Positions 49,955-59,232 of a DNA stretch of 64,000 bases are shown one piece after another (position 1 is the stretch's first letter; every line of letters starts with the position of its first letter). The stretch is taken from contig JBILLK010000019.1 of NCBI GenBank assembly GCA_044376115.1, forward strand, positions 96,001-160,000, given 5' to 3'. Source of the DNA: Polyangiaceae bacterium. Its GTDB lineage: Bacteria; Myxococcota_A; Polyangia; Polyangiales; Polyangiaceae. Below the pieces are notes generated by a model. The model did not search any database. It was not told where the DNA came from and saw nothing but the letters and a program-made list of their open reading frames with translations. Both the position numbers and the translations under genes were made by a program.

Positions 49955-50003
49955 CAGGCGTGGAACGCTAGACCATGTTGCGGGCCGGCGGAGCAGGCTT
50001 TCG

Positions 50004-50798
50004 CTATTGAGCAGCTGGGGGAGCCGCGTGACAACAAGGACGAGGTGCCTCGGCAGGCTCCCCGTGTTCGCCGGTGCTTTGGGGCGCGTGGGGGGCGATG
50101 CCATTGACCACCGCCGCTTGCAGTTGCAGCGCCCCACCGAGCGCCATCAGCAGGCCGGCAGCCAGCCGTACGGTGCTGTGGCGAAAGACCGCTGCTGCCC
50201 CGCGCAGCAGCGAGAGCACGCCGACGATCGCCGGCAGAGTACCGACGAAGAAGGCCGCCATCACCGAGGCGCCGAGCAGCGCGTTGCCGGTGCTCATGGC
50301 CAGCGCGAGGGCTCCGTAAATCAGGCCGCAGGGTAAGAAGCCCCACAAAAGGCCGCGCGCGAGTAGCCCCTTGCTTCCCGTTGTAGTCCGACCGAAGCCG
50401 GCCTTGCCGAGCAGCCTGGCGGCGATGCGGGAGACGAGCGAACGAACGCCGCTCGAGCCTGGGATCGCCTTCGGTAAAATGCCGCTGCTGGCGACCCCTA
50501 CCAAGAGCAAGGTAACGCCGCAGAAAATCTTGGCGCCGAAGTGAAACTCCGAGGCGAAGGTGGCTCGCTCGACGAAGCCGAAAAGACCCGCAGCAAGAGC
50601 GCCCAGCGTTGCGTAGCCCAGCAGTCGACCGGCTTGCACGCGGGCGATCCGGCCGGCGACCTCGTACTTGTCCTGACTACCTGCAGACGGTACGGCCGAG
50701 CCGCAGGACATCGCCGCGATCGGGCCGCACATGGTGATGCAGTGGGGCGCGCCCATCAGTCCAAGCAAGAACGCGGAGCCTAATTCAAGGGTGCTCAT
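50004..50798 (-). CDS. cbb3-associated DsbD_2/TauE-like membrane protein
   Basis: HCITMCGPI, GRLLGY, GFLPCGLIY, GTLP. Confidence 0.88.
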   Translation of the reverse strand: MSTLELGSAFLLGLMGAPHCITMCGPIAAMSCGSAVPSAGSQDKYEVAGRIARVQAGRLLGYATLGALAAGLFGFVERATFASEFHFGAKIFCGVTLLLVGVASSGILPKAIPGSSGVRSLVSRIAARLLGKAGFGRTTTGSKGLLARGLLWGFLPCGLIYGALALAMSTGNALLGASVMAAFFVGTLPAIVGVLSLLRGAAAVFRHSTVRLAAGLLMALGGALQLQAAVVNGIAPHAPQSTGEHGEPAEAPRPCCHAAPPAAQ

Positions 50799-52234
50799 TG
50801 TCGTGGTCCGATGAACTCAGCTTGCAGCTTCTGGGAGGGCTGGCCTTGGCAATCGAGGCTCTCGTAGACCGAGAGCTCCAGCAGTGCGTGCCCGCCATGC
50901 GGGATGGGCCCTTTGAACACCACGATCATCTCGCGACCCTCACGTGCGGCGAGCGATAGTGAAAGCGGTAGCGTGGTGGTCATTCCTTCAGCCGTGTGGT
51001 CGAGGCAAACCGAGAGATCACGCGGCTCGGTTTGCTTGTTGATTAGGTGCAGGACGAAGGTGTTACGTACGTCGTCGCCCTCGAGCACGTAGGGCGCTCC
51101 CTTTTGACGCAGCACATGGGCTTCGAAGTCGCGGCTCGACGAGAAGGCGAGCGTGGCAGCGACAGCGCCGAGCGTGCCCAAGACTCCGTAGATCAGCAGT
51201 CTGGGACGCCAAAACTTACGTGCTCCACCGCGCAGAACACGATCGCTCTCAAAGCGAATCAGCCCTTTGGGACGGCTGAGCTTGTCCATCACCTCGTCGC
51301 AAGCGTCGATGCAGGCGGTGCAGCCCACACAGTCGAGCTGGAGGCCGTTGCGGATATCGATGCCGGTGGGGCAGACCACGACGCAGCGTTTGCAATCGAC
51401 ACAATCACCCTTGGTCGAGCCCGCCTTGCCGCGCGGCTCTCCGCGCGTGGTGTCGTAGGCGATGACCAGCGTGTCATCGTCCACCAGCGCGCCTTGCAGG
51501 CGGCCGTAAGGGCAAACCACCAAGCAGAACTGCTCACGGAAGTAGCCGAAGTTGAAGTAGCCAATCAGTGTCAGCACCAGCGCCCAACCAAAGATGGCCG
51601 GCTCGGCTGCAGGGCCCGCGGCGAACATCGTCCAGGCCCGCTCCATCGGGACGAACAGAAATACGAGGCTGTGCGCGAGCCAGGTGGATACCAACAAGAA
51701 CGCCAAGTGTTTGCCCGTCTTGCGAGCGATCCCGGACGGCCCGAGCGGCGCCTTGTCTCGCCGTATACGTTGCTCGCGCGGGCCCTCGAACAGCCGCTCG
51801 ATCGGCCGAAAGATGCCATCGAGAAAGACCGTTTGCGGGCAGGCGAAGCCGCAGAACACCCGGCCCCATAGCGAGGTAACGAGGGCGAGCAGAAAGGCGC
51901 CCCCGGTCAGTAGAAAGAAGGCGAGAAACGCGTCCTCCGGACCGAAGCTCTTGGTCAATACGGTAAACTGCCGCGCGGGGACATTGAGCAGTAGCACGGG
52001 CTGTCCGCCCACCCGAATGAACGATAGCGCCGCTAGCACCACCAAGAGAACGCTGAACAGGATGCGACGCAGCGAGTGGAAGCGCCCTTTGACATCAGCG
52101 GGCTGGGGCTTGCGGCGGCGGCCATCCGAACCGAGCGAACTGATGATCTCCTCCGGTTCCAAGAGCGGCAGGTGTTTCTTGCCGTCCTTGGAGGAAGCTC
52201 TCTCGTTCACGTTCGCTCGGTCGTGGGCGTTCAT
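50795..52234 (-). CDS. ccoG: cbb3 oxidase accessory protein CcoG/FixG
   Basis: GRVFCGFACPQTV, CPYGRLQ, CVDCKRCVVVCPTGIDIR. Confidence 0.95.
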   Translation of the reverse strand: MNAHDRANVNERASSKDGKKHLPLLEPEEIISSLGSDGRRRKPQPADVKGRFHSLRRILFSVLLVVLAALSFIRVGGQPVLLLNVPARQFTVLTKSFGPEDAFLAFFLLTGGAFLLALVTSLWGRVFCGFACPQTVFLDGIFRPIERLFEGPREQRIRRDKAPLGPSGIARKTGKHLAFLLVSTWLAHSLVFLFVPMERAWTMFAAGPAAEPAIFGWALVLTLIGYFNFGYFREQFCLVVCPYGRLQGALVDDDTLVIAYDTTRGEPRGKAGSTKGDCVDCKRCVVVCPTGIDIRNGLQLDCVGCTACIDACDEVMDKLSRPKGLIRFESDRVLRGGARKFWRPRLLIYGVLGTLGAVAATLAFSSSRDFEAHVLRQKGAPYVLEGDDVRNTFVLHLINKQTEPRDLSVCLDHTAEGMTTTLPLSLSLAAREGREMIVVFKGPIPHGGHALLELSVYESLDCQGQPSQKLQAEFIGPRQ

Positions 52235-52806
52235 TGACTTACCGGTTCTCCCTGGGGCTCTTTACCGCCAGCGACGTTGCTACCGCGAAGGCTCAACACG
52301 TAAGCCGTAGCCGCGCGGACTTTGCCCTCGCCGAGTTGCTTGCCCCAAGCAGGCATCTGCTTGGCGAGGTAGCCGTTCTTGATTGTGTTGTAGGTGTCCG
52401 TTGGCTTCGCGCCATGCAGCACGAAGTTGTCGGTGAGGTTGGGCCCTGTAGCGCCTTTGCCGCCTTCAGCGTGGCAGGTGACACAGTTGGTGACGAAGAG
52501 CTCCTTGCCCTGGTTGATTGAGGATTGGTTCTTTGAAAGGGCCAGTAGCAGCTCGTCCGTAGCTTCTCCAGCTGCCAACATCTCTGCTGCCGCCTTGGCG
52601 TCACGCTCGGCCACGACCTCGGCGTACTCCTCGGAGGGCAGCAGGCCTTTGTCGAAGGTATGGTAGTAAATCCAATAACCACCCGCGAAGCTGATGCACA
52701 GGAAGAAGGTGGTCAGCCACCAGCGCGGCAGCATGTTGTCGTACTCGAGGATGCCGTCATACTCGTGCACGTTCTGGCCCGGAGGGGCATCGGGGTGCTC
52801 CTTCAT
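52231..52806 (-). CDS. ccoP: cbb3 oxidase subunit III (single heme)
   Basis: HEYDGILEYDNMLPRWW, CVTCH, GPNLTD, MPAW. Confidence 0.92.
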   Translation of the reverse strand: MKEHPDAPPGQNVHEYDGILEYDNMLPRWWLTTFFLCISFAGGYWIYYHTFDKGLLPSEEYAEVVAERDAKAAAEMLAAGEATDELLLALSKNQSSINQGKELFVTNCVTCHAEGGKGATGPNLTDNFVLHGAKPTDTYNTIKNGYLAKQMPAWGKQLGEGKVRAATAYVLSLRGSNVAGGKEPQGEPVSQ

Positions 52807-52985
52807 AGGTCACCGTCCTTGTCATCGCTGAGGGGTAGAATCGCCAGTTGGTCGCACTCGGATTGCTTGCGTCCGAACGTGTTCAGCGCAATCAGCATGG
52901 CCGCGAAGCCGAAGAAGAAGAGTGCGACTGCCGGATAGGCGAGTAGCGGACTGTCGTGAAACATCTGAGAAACTAAGCGGGACAT
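52803..52985 (-). CDS. ccoQ: cbb3 oxidase small subunit CcoQ-like
   Basis: GGAGG SD, one TM, C-terminal LPLSDD; lies between ccoO and ccoP. Confidence 0.7.
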   Translation of the reverse strand: MSRLVSQMFHDSPLLAYPAVALFFFGFAAMLIALNTFGRKQSECDQLAILPLSDDKDGDL

Positions 52986-52986
52986 T

Positions 52987-55287
52987 TCAACCTCCTCCTG
53001 GGAGACCGAGGCATTGCAAGTAGGCGATGATCGCAACCATCTCGGACCGCGGATCCACTTTGATCTTCTGCTCGGCTAGGTCGGCCGTGATCTTCTCTGC
53101 TTGTTTGAGCGCTGCAGGCTCGGCCTGCTGCACGTCGGCGACCGTGTACGGCACGCCGACCGAGCGAAGGGCTCGCAGTTTTCCTTCGGTGGCTTTGTAG
53201 TCCACCAAGTTGGTCTCGAATTGCGCATAGCTGGGCATGTTGGAGCCGGCCGATAGCTGCGGTGGATTGATGAAGTGCTGGTAGTGCCAGGCGCTCGGGT
53301 TCTTATTGCCTTGTCGAGCAAGGTCAGGACCTGTTCGCTTGGAGCCCCAGGTGAAGGGGTGGTCGTACTGCGAGTCCGCCATCATCGAGGCTTCGCCGTA
53401 GCGTTGCGTCTCGGTGGCGAAGGGGCGGATCATCTGCGAGTGGCAGGTTGAACAGCCCTCGCGGATGTAGATGTCACGGCCTTCGAGTTCGAGCGCGGTG
53501 TAGGGCCTGGCGCCGGTCTTGTCGCCAGCCGCGGGGGCTGCCATCAGCGCAGGGACAATCTGCACGACGCCGCCCACCAGCACCGCGCCTACTGTGAGGA
53601 CCGTAAGGATCAGCGCGCGACCCTCGAGCAAACGATGCCAAGACTTCTCGTGGTCGGTCGTGGCGGTGAGGCGCTGGATGATGAAGCCGCCGAGGGCAAC
53701 GGCAACGAAGAAGGCGAAGAAGGCTACACCGGTAATCGCGTCACCACGGCCCGCCAGCACCAGTAGCACAATTGCAACCACCGACAGTCCGAGCGGCGTG
53801 CCGAGCAGAATCGCGCGGGTCGAAGGATCCTTCTTCTTCTCCTCGGGGATCACGACCTCGACGCTGGTCTCGACCGGCGCGCCGGAACGAGCCGTCTGCA
53901 CTAGGTTGACCACCATCATGATCATGCCGACGAAGTACATCAGGCCGCCGACGAGTCGCACGTAGTACATCGGGCGGAGTGCGACGACCGTCTCGAGGAA
54001 GGTGTAGGTCAGGCTGCCGTCTTCGCGCGTCGCCTTCCACATCAGGCCTTGGGTCACGCCAGCGACCCACATCGATACCATGTAGAGAACGATGCCGATG
54101 GTCGCGAGCCAGAAGTGGGCATTCGCCGACGACTCCGACTTGAGCTTCGTCCCGTACAGCTTCGGAACTAAGTAGTAAAACATGCCGGCGGCCATGAAGC
54201 CGTTCCAGCCGAGGGCCCCGGAGTGCACGTGGCCGACGATCCAATCGGTGTAGTGGGCGAGCCCGCTGACGCTGCGAATGGAGAGCAGGGGGCCTTCGAA
54301 AGTGGCCATGCCGTAGAAGGTCAATGCGGCTGCAAAGAACTTCAGCACCGGGTCGCGACGCAGTTGCGCCCAAGCGCCACGCAGCGTGAAAAGGCCGTTG
54401 ATCATGCCGCCCCAGCTGGGAGCCCACAACATCACGCTGAAGACCATACCGAGCGTCTGCAGCCAATCCGGCAGCGCCGTATTGAGCAAGTGATGGGGGC
54501 CGGCCCAGATGTAGAGAAACACCAAGGCCCAAAAGTGGATGATCGAAAGCTTGTACGAATAGACCGGGCGATTGGCCGCCTTCGGTACGAAGTAGTACAT
54601 GATGCCGAGGATCGGCGTAGTGAGGAAGAACGCTACTGCGTTATGGCCGTACCACCACTGAATCAGCGCGTCCTGCGTACCGCCGAATAGCGAGTAGCCC
54701 TTGATTGCACTCACCGGGATGGCGAGCGAATTGACGATGTGGAGGATGGCGATGGTGACGATGGTCGCGATGTAGAACCAGAGCCCAACGTACAGGTGCT
54801 TCTCGGCGCGCTTGGCCAACATCCAAAAGAAGTTGATGCCGAAGACCACCCAAACCAGCGCAATCGCGATGTCGATGGGCCACTCCAGCTCGGCGTACTC
54901 CTTACCGGAGGTGATACCGAGGGGCAGTGAGATGGCTGCGGCGACGATGATGGCCTGCCAGCCAAAGAAGTGAAACTTCGCCAGGAAGTCCGAGGGCAGG
55001 CGAGCCTTCATCAGCCGTTGCGATGAATAGTAAACGCCAGCGAACATCATGTTGCCGACGAAGGCGAAGATGGCTGCATTGGTATGCAGCGGGCGCAACC
55101 TGCCGTAGCTGAGGATCGGGTGAAGGTTGGCGCCTTGAAAGGCAAGTTGGGTTGCGACGATCACTCCCAAGAGGAGCGCCACCACGGCGAACGTGACCGA
55201 AGCCATGATGAACCACCGCACGACCCAGTCGTTGTAGGTGATGGTCACTCTTCTCTGAGCTTCTGCGGGTTTGGCTGTCTTTTTCAT
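52987..55287 (-). CDS. ccoN: cbb3 oxidase fused subunits I/II (CcoN-CcoO)
   Basis: GRLRPLHTN, WWYGHNAV, GPHH, HVH; then EGCSTCHSQMIRP, GSKRTGPDL. Confidence 0.97.
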   Translation of the reverse strand: MKKTAKPAEAQRRVTITYNDWVVRWFIMASVTFAVVALLLGVIVATQLAFQGANLHPILSYGRLRPLHTNAAIFAFVGNMMFAGVYYSSQRLMKARLPSDFLAKFHFFGWQAIIVAAAISLPLGITSGKEYAELEWPIDIAIALVWVVFGINFFWMLAKRAEKHLYVGLWFYIATIVTIAILHIVNSLAIPVSAIKGYSLFGGTQDALIQWWYGHNAVAFFLTTPILGIMYYFVPKAANRPVYSYKLSIIHFWALVFLYIWAGPHHLLNTALPDWLQTLGMVFSVMLWAPSWGGMINGLFTLRGAWAQLRRDPVLKFFAAALTFYGMATFEGPLLSIRSVSGLAHYTDWIVGHVHSGALGWNGFMAAGMFYYLVPKLYGTKLKSESSANAHFWLATIGIVLYMVSMWVAGVTQGLMWKATREDGSLTYTFLETVVALRPMYYVRLVGGLMYFVGMIMMVVNLVQTARSGAPVETSVEVVIPEEKKKDPSTRAILLGTPLGLSVVAIVLLVLAGRGDAITGVAFFAFFVAVALGGFIIQRLTATTDHEKSWHRLLEGRALILTVLTVGAVLVGGVVQIVPALMAAPAAGDKTGARPYTALELEGRDIYIREGCSTCHSQMIRPFATETQRYGEASMMADSQYDHPFTWGSKRTGPDLARQGNKNPSAWHYQHFINPPQLSAGSNMPSYAQFETNLVDYKATEGKLRALRSVGVPYTVADVQQAEPAALKQAEKITADLAEQKIKVDPRSEMVAIIAYLQCLGLPGGG

Positions 55288-55466
55288 AGCTGTTGGTCCG
55301 TCTGGCTTTCGGGCTTAACCGAGGGCTTCTGATCCTCGCGAAGCGGCAACAAAGCGAGTCTGAGGCTGTGCTGGTGATTTCCGTCGTTGGACGAGCGGAG
55401 GAACAGCAGCAGGCCAAGGGTCGTCAGGCACAGGCTGACGAAGAGGCTGAGGTCGAGTGCGTCCAC
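55284..55466 (-). CDS. ccoS: cbb3 oxidase assembly protein CcoS-like
   Basis: Small TM protein between ccoI and ccoN; LALLPL.ED. Confidence 0.7.
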   Translation of the reverse strand: MDALDLSLFVSLCLTTLGLLLFLRSSNDGNHQHSLRLALLPLREDQKPSVKPESQTDQQL

Positions 55467-57847
55467 AGGGTTCCTTTCGGGCCGATTGCCGCCATGACAA
55501 TCGAGACCGAGATGAGGGTCGATAACGGCATTAAAATCGCCGCTGAGAGAGGGTTCATGGCACCGCTAAATGCGATAGTGAGCGCGATAACGTTGTAGCT
55601 GACGGCCCAGGTCAGACTGCGATCCTGGGCCTTCGCGAGGGCGCGGGCGCTGCGGAATAACTTCGCAATGGCGTTTACGCCGGGCCGAAGCAGGTAGAAG
55701 TCGGTGCGCGCGGCGAGGAAGGTGGTGCCGGCGACGGGCGTGCCAGCTGCATAGGCGGCGGTGGCCGCAAGTGCGTCATTGAGGCCATCCCCGACGAACA
55801 GCGACTTGCCTCCAAGCGACTTCACGATGGCAGCTTTGCTTTCCGGCGTCGCTTCGAAGAACACACGGCTCTCGGGGATGGCGCAGGTGCGAGCGACCCG
55901 CAGCGCGCGCTCTTCCGCGTCGCCCGTCGCGAGATAGGAGGTTAAATCGAGTTCGCCTAACTCACGCACGGTACGGCTCGCGTCGGCGAATAGGCAGTCC
56001 TCGGTCTTCGCTGCCAGCCGCACTTCGCCGTCCCGAGCGAACACGATGTCGAAGCTGGGGTCGGCGCCGAGCCAGCGCGGTGAGCCCAGGGCGTAGCTAT
56101 GACCATCGAGCGAGACCACGAGGCCGCGACCGGCTTGCTCGTGCGTCGCGAGCTCGAGCCAGGGAGCGCTCTCGATCTCACGCAGCGCGGCGGCCAGCGC
56201 GACGGCTTTGGGGTGCCGCGAGCGTTGCGCGAGGTTGGCCAAGATGGCCCGCTCTCCGACCGGGAGGCCGAGCAGTTGCTGCCGAGTGGCCTCCGAGAGG
56301 CGGCTCTCGGTAAGCGTGCCGGTTTTGTCGAAGATCACCGTGCGAATCGCGAGCAAGCGCTCGAGCAGGGTGGAGGAGCGCACCAGCACGCCCTCTTGCC
56401 GCAGGCGCATCAACGTCAGCTCATTGGCGAGGGGCGTGGCAATGCCGAAGCCACAGGGGCAGGTCACCACCAAAATGGCGGTTAGCGTGCCCAGCGTGTC
56501 GAGCCAGTCCTGCGTACGGGCGTAGGCGATGGTCGCTCCGAGGGCGGCGACCAGCAGTACACCGATAACCCAGTAGCGAGAGATGAAGCGTTCGCGCGCT
56601 GATTGACTATCGGCGTAACGCTCATCGCGCACGGGGGTGCGCAGCAGCGGCAACAGGCGTGACTCCGCGAAGGCTTCGCTTGCGATCACGGTGATCGGGC
56701 TCGATTCGGCGTTGGCCATGCCTGCGAGCACGGGCGCGTTCTCCTGCAGCGTGCGCTCCTCCGATTCCCCGGTGAGCCAAGCCGCTGAGAAGCGAGCCTC
56801 GCTGGCGGCCAGCCGAGCCAGCACCGGGGAGACATCGCGGGGGGCGAGGATCAGCTCATCGCCGGGGCGAATCGATTCGGCGGGGACCACCTCGACCAGT
56901 GCGTCGGCACCGACTTGCTTGGTCTTACGTCGCACCAAGAGCGCGCCTGCTTCCGCGTCGGTTAGCAGCGTCGCGCGGTTCTTCTCGAGGACCCGCTCGC
57001 GCAAGAAGCGGCCGAGCAGCATCAGCGCGAGGAAGATGCTGATGGTGTCGAAGTAAACGGCGTCGTGACGCCCAGCCAGATAGAGGGCGACGCTTCCGCC
57101 ATAGCCCGTTAGCAGGCCGACCACGATGGGAAGGTCGAGATGCAGCATGCCGCGCCTCAGCCCTTGCCAAGCTCCGCGAAAGAAGACGGGACCACCAACC
57201 CAAAGGCTGATGCTGGCGAGCACCAACTCGAGAGTCATCAACGTGGATGAAAGTTGCGTGTCGGCGAGCCCGGCGTAGCGCGCCACGGCGAAGCTCATGA
57301 TGTTGAGCCCCAGCGCGATCGACACGCCCATCCGCCACAACAGGTCGTCGCTACGCGGGCGTGCGCCTGTTCGCTCTGGCCCCAATTGGTAGCCAAAGCG
57401 CTGCACGGTTTCGGCAAAGGCGAGCAGCGGAAAGTCCTTTTCCACCGTAAGCTCGACCGTGCCAAGCACCGGATTGACGACAATCGAGGCACCCTCGGCT
57501 GCGCGCTGGGTCAGCTCCTCAAGCAGCCAAACGCAGGCCGCGCAATTGATGCCCTCGATCGAGAGGTGCAACGTCGTGATGCCCTCGACGTTCGCGAGGT
57601 CACTGGCGGCGCGCTCCAGCCACATCCGGCCCATCGGATCGGTGCCCGTCTCCCGCGCAGGCGGGATCGGGCAGTCCTTAAGATCGTAGAAGCGCTCCAA
57701 GCTCTGCTCGCGCATGAGCCGGTAGATGGATTCACAGCCGACGCAGCAGAACTCGGAAAGGCAGGGCGTGCTGCAGTGAAGACAGACCGTGGCGCTATTG
57801 GAACGAGTGTCTTTAGACAAAGAATCCACATCGGTGAGGCGGTTCAT
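55424..57847 (-). CDS. ccoI: Cu-translocating P1B ATPase CcoI/FixI
   Basis: CLHC...FCCVGC, CAAC..L.E, TGES, CPC, DKTGTLT, GDGLND. Confidence 0.92.
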   Translation of the reverse strand: MNRLTDVDSLSKDTRSNSATVCLHCSTPCLSEFCCVGCESIYRLMREQSLERFYDLKDCPIPPARETGTDPMGRMWLERAASDLANVEGITTLHLSIEGINCAACVWLLEELTQRAAEGASIVVNPVLGTVELTVEKDFPLLAFAETVQRFGYQLGPERTGARPRSDDLLWRMGVSIALGLNIMSFAVARYAGLADTQLSSTLMTLELVLASISLWVGGPVFFRGAWQGLRRGMLHLDLPIVVGLLTGYGGSVALYLAGRHDAVYFDTISIFLALMLLGRFLRERVLEKNRATLLTDAEAGALLVRRKTKQVGADALVEVVPAESIRPGDELILAPRDVSPVLARLAASEARFSAAWLTGESEERTLQENAPVLAGMANAESSPITVIASEAFAESRLLPLLRTPVRDERYADSQSARERFISRYWVIGVLLVAALGATIAYARTQDWLDTLGTLTAILVVTCPCGFGIATPLANELTLMRLRQEGVLVRSSTLLERLLAIRTVIFDKTGTLTESRLSEATRQQLLGLPVGERAILANLAQRSRHPKAVALAAALREIESAPWLELATHEQAGRGLVVSLDGHSYALGSPRWLGADPSFDIVFARDGEVRLAAKTEDCLFADASRTVRELGELDLTSYLATGDAEERALRVARTCAIPESRVFFEATPESKAAIVKSLGGKSLFVGDGLNDALAATAAYAAGTPVAGTTFLAARTDFYLLRPGVNAIAKLFRSARALAKAQDRSLTWAVSYNVIALTIAFSGAMNPLSAAILMPLSTLISVSIVMAAIGPKGTLWTHSTSASSSACA

Positions 57848-57889
57848 TCGCCCTCCGTGATCCCCCGTAGCGGTTGATGAGAAGTTGGT

Positions 57890-58543
57890 TCAGGTACCGG
57901 TCATGGCGTTCGACGCGTGCGGTCCCTCGGGACCACGACCAGCCGACGAATAGACATGCGCGCGCACGTGGTACTGCGAGTGCCGAGTGCACCAAAGCTT
58001 GGCGCCGTTGCTGATCTGGCGGCTCGTCGCGCAATCAGGGCAGACAGGCTCAATCTCGGGGACGCGCCACTCCGCCTTGTGGTTCTTATCGCGCACCACG
58101 GTGACCTCACACCCAGCCAGGCGCACGACCTTCTCGGCTACCGAGCCGAGCAGCATGCGCTTTAGGCCGCGCCGATTGTGCGAACCGAGCAAAATGCGGT
58201 CGGCGTTCAAGTGGGCCGCGAGCCAGACGATCTCGTCGGCGGGGTTACCGATCGAGCGGTGCGCTTCGACGCGGAGGAGCGGAAGCCGCGGTTCGCGCTT
58301 GCGGAACTCCTCGATGTTTTCGCTGATGGTGCGTGAGAAGTCTCCCATGTCGACCTGCGACATGGCGGCGTAGGGTGCGGTCGCGAGGTCTGAACCAACG
58401 GCAAAGGCCGGCGTGGCAACCGCCAGAATATGCAGGTCCGTGGGTTCATGGGCTGCAGCAACGGCGAGCGCCGCCTGCAACACAAACGACGATCCGACTT
58501 CAAGGTCGACTGCGGTGAGGAGGACGTACGGATGTTGAGACAT
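57890..58543 (-). CDS. Universal stress protein with Cys/His-rich tail
   Basis: GSHNRRGLKRMLLGSVAEKVVR; CPDC...WCTRH. Confidence 0.9.
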   Translation of the reverse strand: MSQHPYVLLTAVDLEVGSSFVLQAALAVAAAHEPTDLHILAVATPAFAVGSDLATAPYAAMSQVDMGDFSRTISENIEEFRKREPRLPLLRVEAHRSIGNPADEIVWLAAHLNADRILLGSHNRRGLKRMLLGSVAEKVVRLAGCEVTVVRDKNHKAEWRVPEIEPVCPDCATSRQISNGAKLWCTRHSQYHVRAHVYSSAGRGPEGPHASNAMTGT

Positions 58544-58555
58544 GCGACGCTCCTC

Positions 58556-58571
58556 AGCATGCGGCGTGCCA
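58556..58571 (-). promoter_or_regulatory. sigma54 promoter of usp-cco operon
   Basis: Minus strand TGGCACGCCGCATGCT (GG-N10-GC). Confidence 0.75.
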
Positions 58572-58664
58572 CCGGCGCAGAAGCTGGGTTTAGGCTTGAT
58601 CAGCGCTGCCCGGAGGTGTCGCGAGCACGCGGTTCAAGCTCGGCGGTGCAAAGGCTTCGGAGGG

Positions 58665-58679
58665 ACGCAGTTCTTGCGC
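58665..58679. promoter_or_regulatory. Candidate enhancer-binding-protein site
   Basis: ACGCA-N5-TGCGC palindrome about 95 bp upstream of the sigma54 site. Confidence 0.5.
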
Positions 58680-58683
58680 CGGC

Positions 58684-59232
58684 TCAGCGATCCCACTCCA
58701 GCCGAATGATTGCGCCATCGCGGGTGCGACGGGCAATTCCTCGGGGGTTGCTGCGACCAGCGGCGCGCAGCGTGCTCTCGATGCCCACACGCAAGCCGCG
58801 CAGAGCGAACTCGCTGATAGCGGGCCAGCCTTCAACCTCGATCTCGGCCTCGCGCGGTTGCGACTTGATGACCTTGGCGCTGCCTTGCTGGTACGCGCGT
58901 TTGAAGATCACCGGCGTCTTTGCGACCAGAAGGTTGTCGGAGGTGAGGCGCAAGAGCGCACGCCAAATGGTAGTCACGGCTTGGCCCACGACTTGGGACG
59001 CGATCTGGGTGTGAAGCTCCGCAACCGAGAGCTTCTGCGACGGCGCGAGAAGCTCGTAGAGCCGCTCGAGCGCGTCGATGCGTACCCAAGAGAGCGGGGT
59101 GACGAGCCGCAGAGCTTCCTGGTCTTCGCGCATCAGCTGTTCGAACAGCTGGTCATAAAGAGCGGGTCCCACGCGGGTTTGCAGCGCTGCAATGTGACTG
59201 CGCACCATGGCACCGGAGATGTGTTCAACCAT
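58684..59232 (-). CDS. Myxobacterial conserved protein (DUF2378/TIGR02265-like)
   Basis: ISGAMVRS...LSWVRID...W pattern typical of this paralog family. Confidence 0.55.
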   Translation of the reverse strand: MVEHISGAMVRSHIAALQTRVGPALYDQLFEQLMREDQEALRLVTPLSWVRIDALERLYELLAPSQKLSVAELHTQIASQVVGQAVTTIWRALLRLTSDNLLVAKTPVIFKRAYQQGSAKVIKSQPREAEIEVEGWPAISEFALRGLRVGIESTLRAAGRSNPRGIARRTRDGAIIRLEWDR

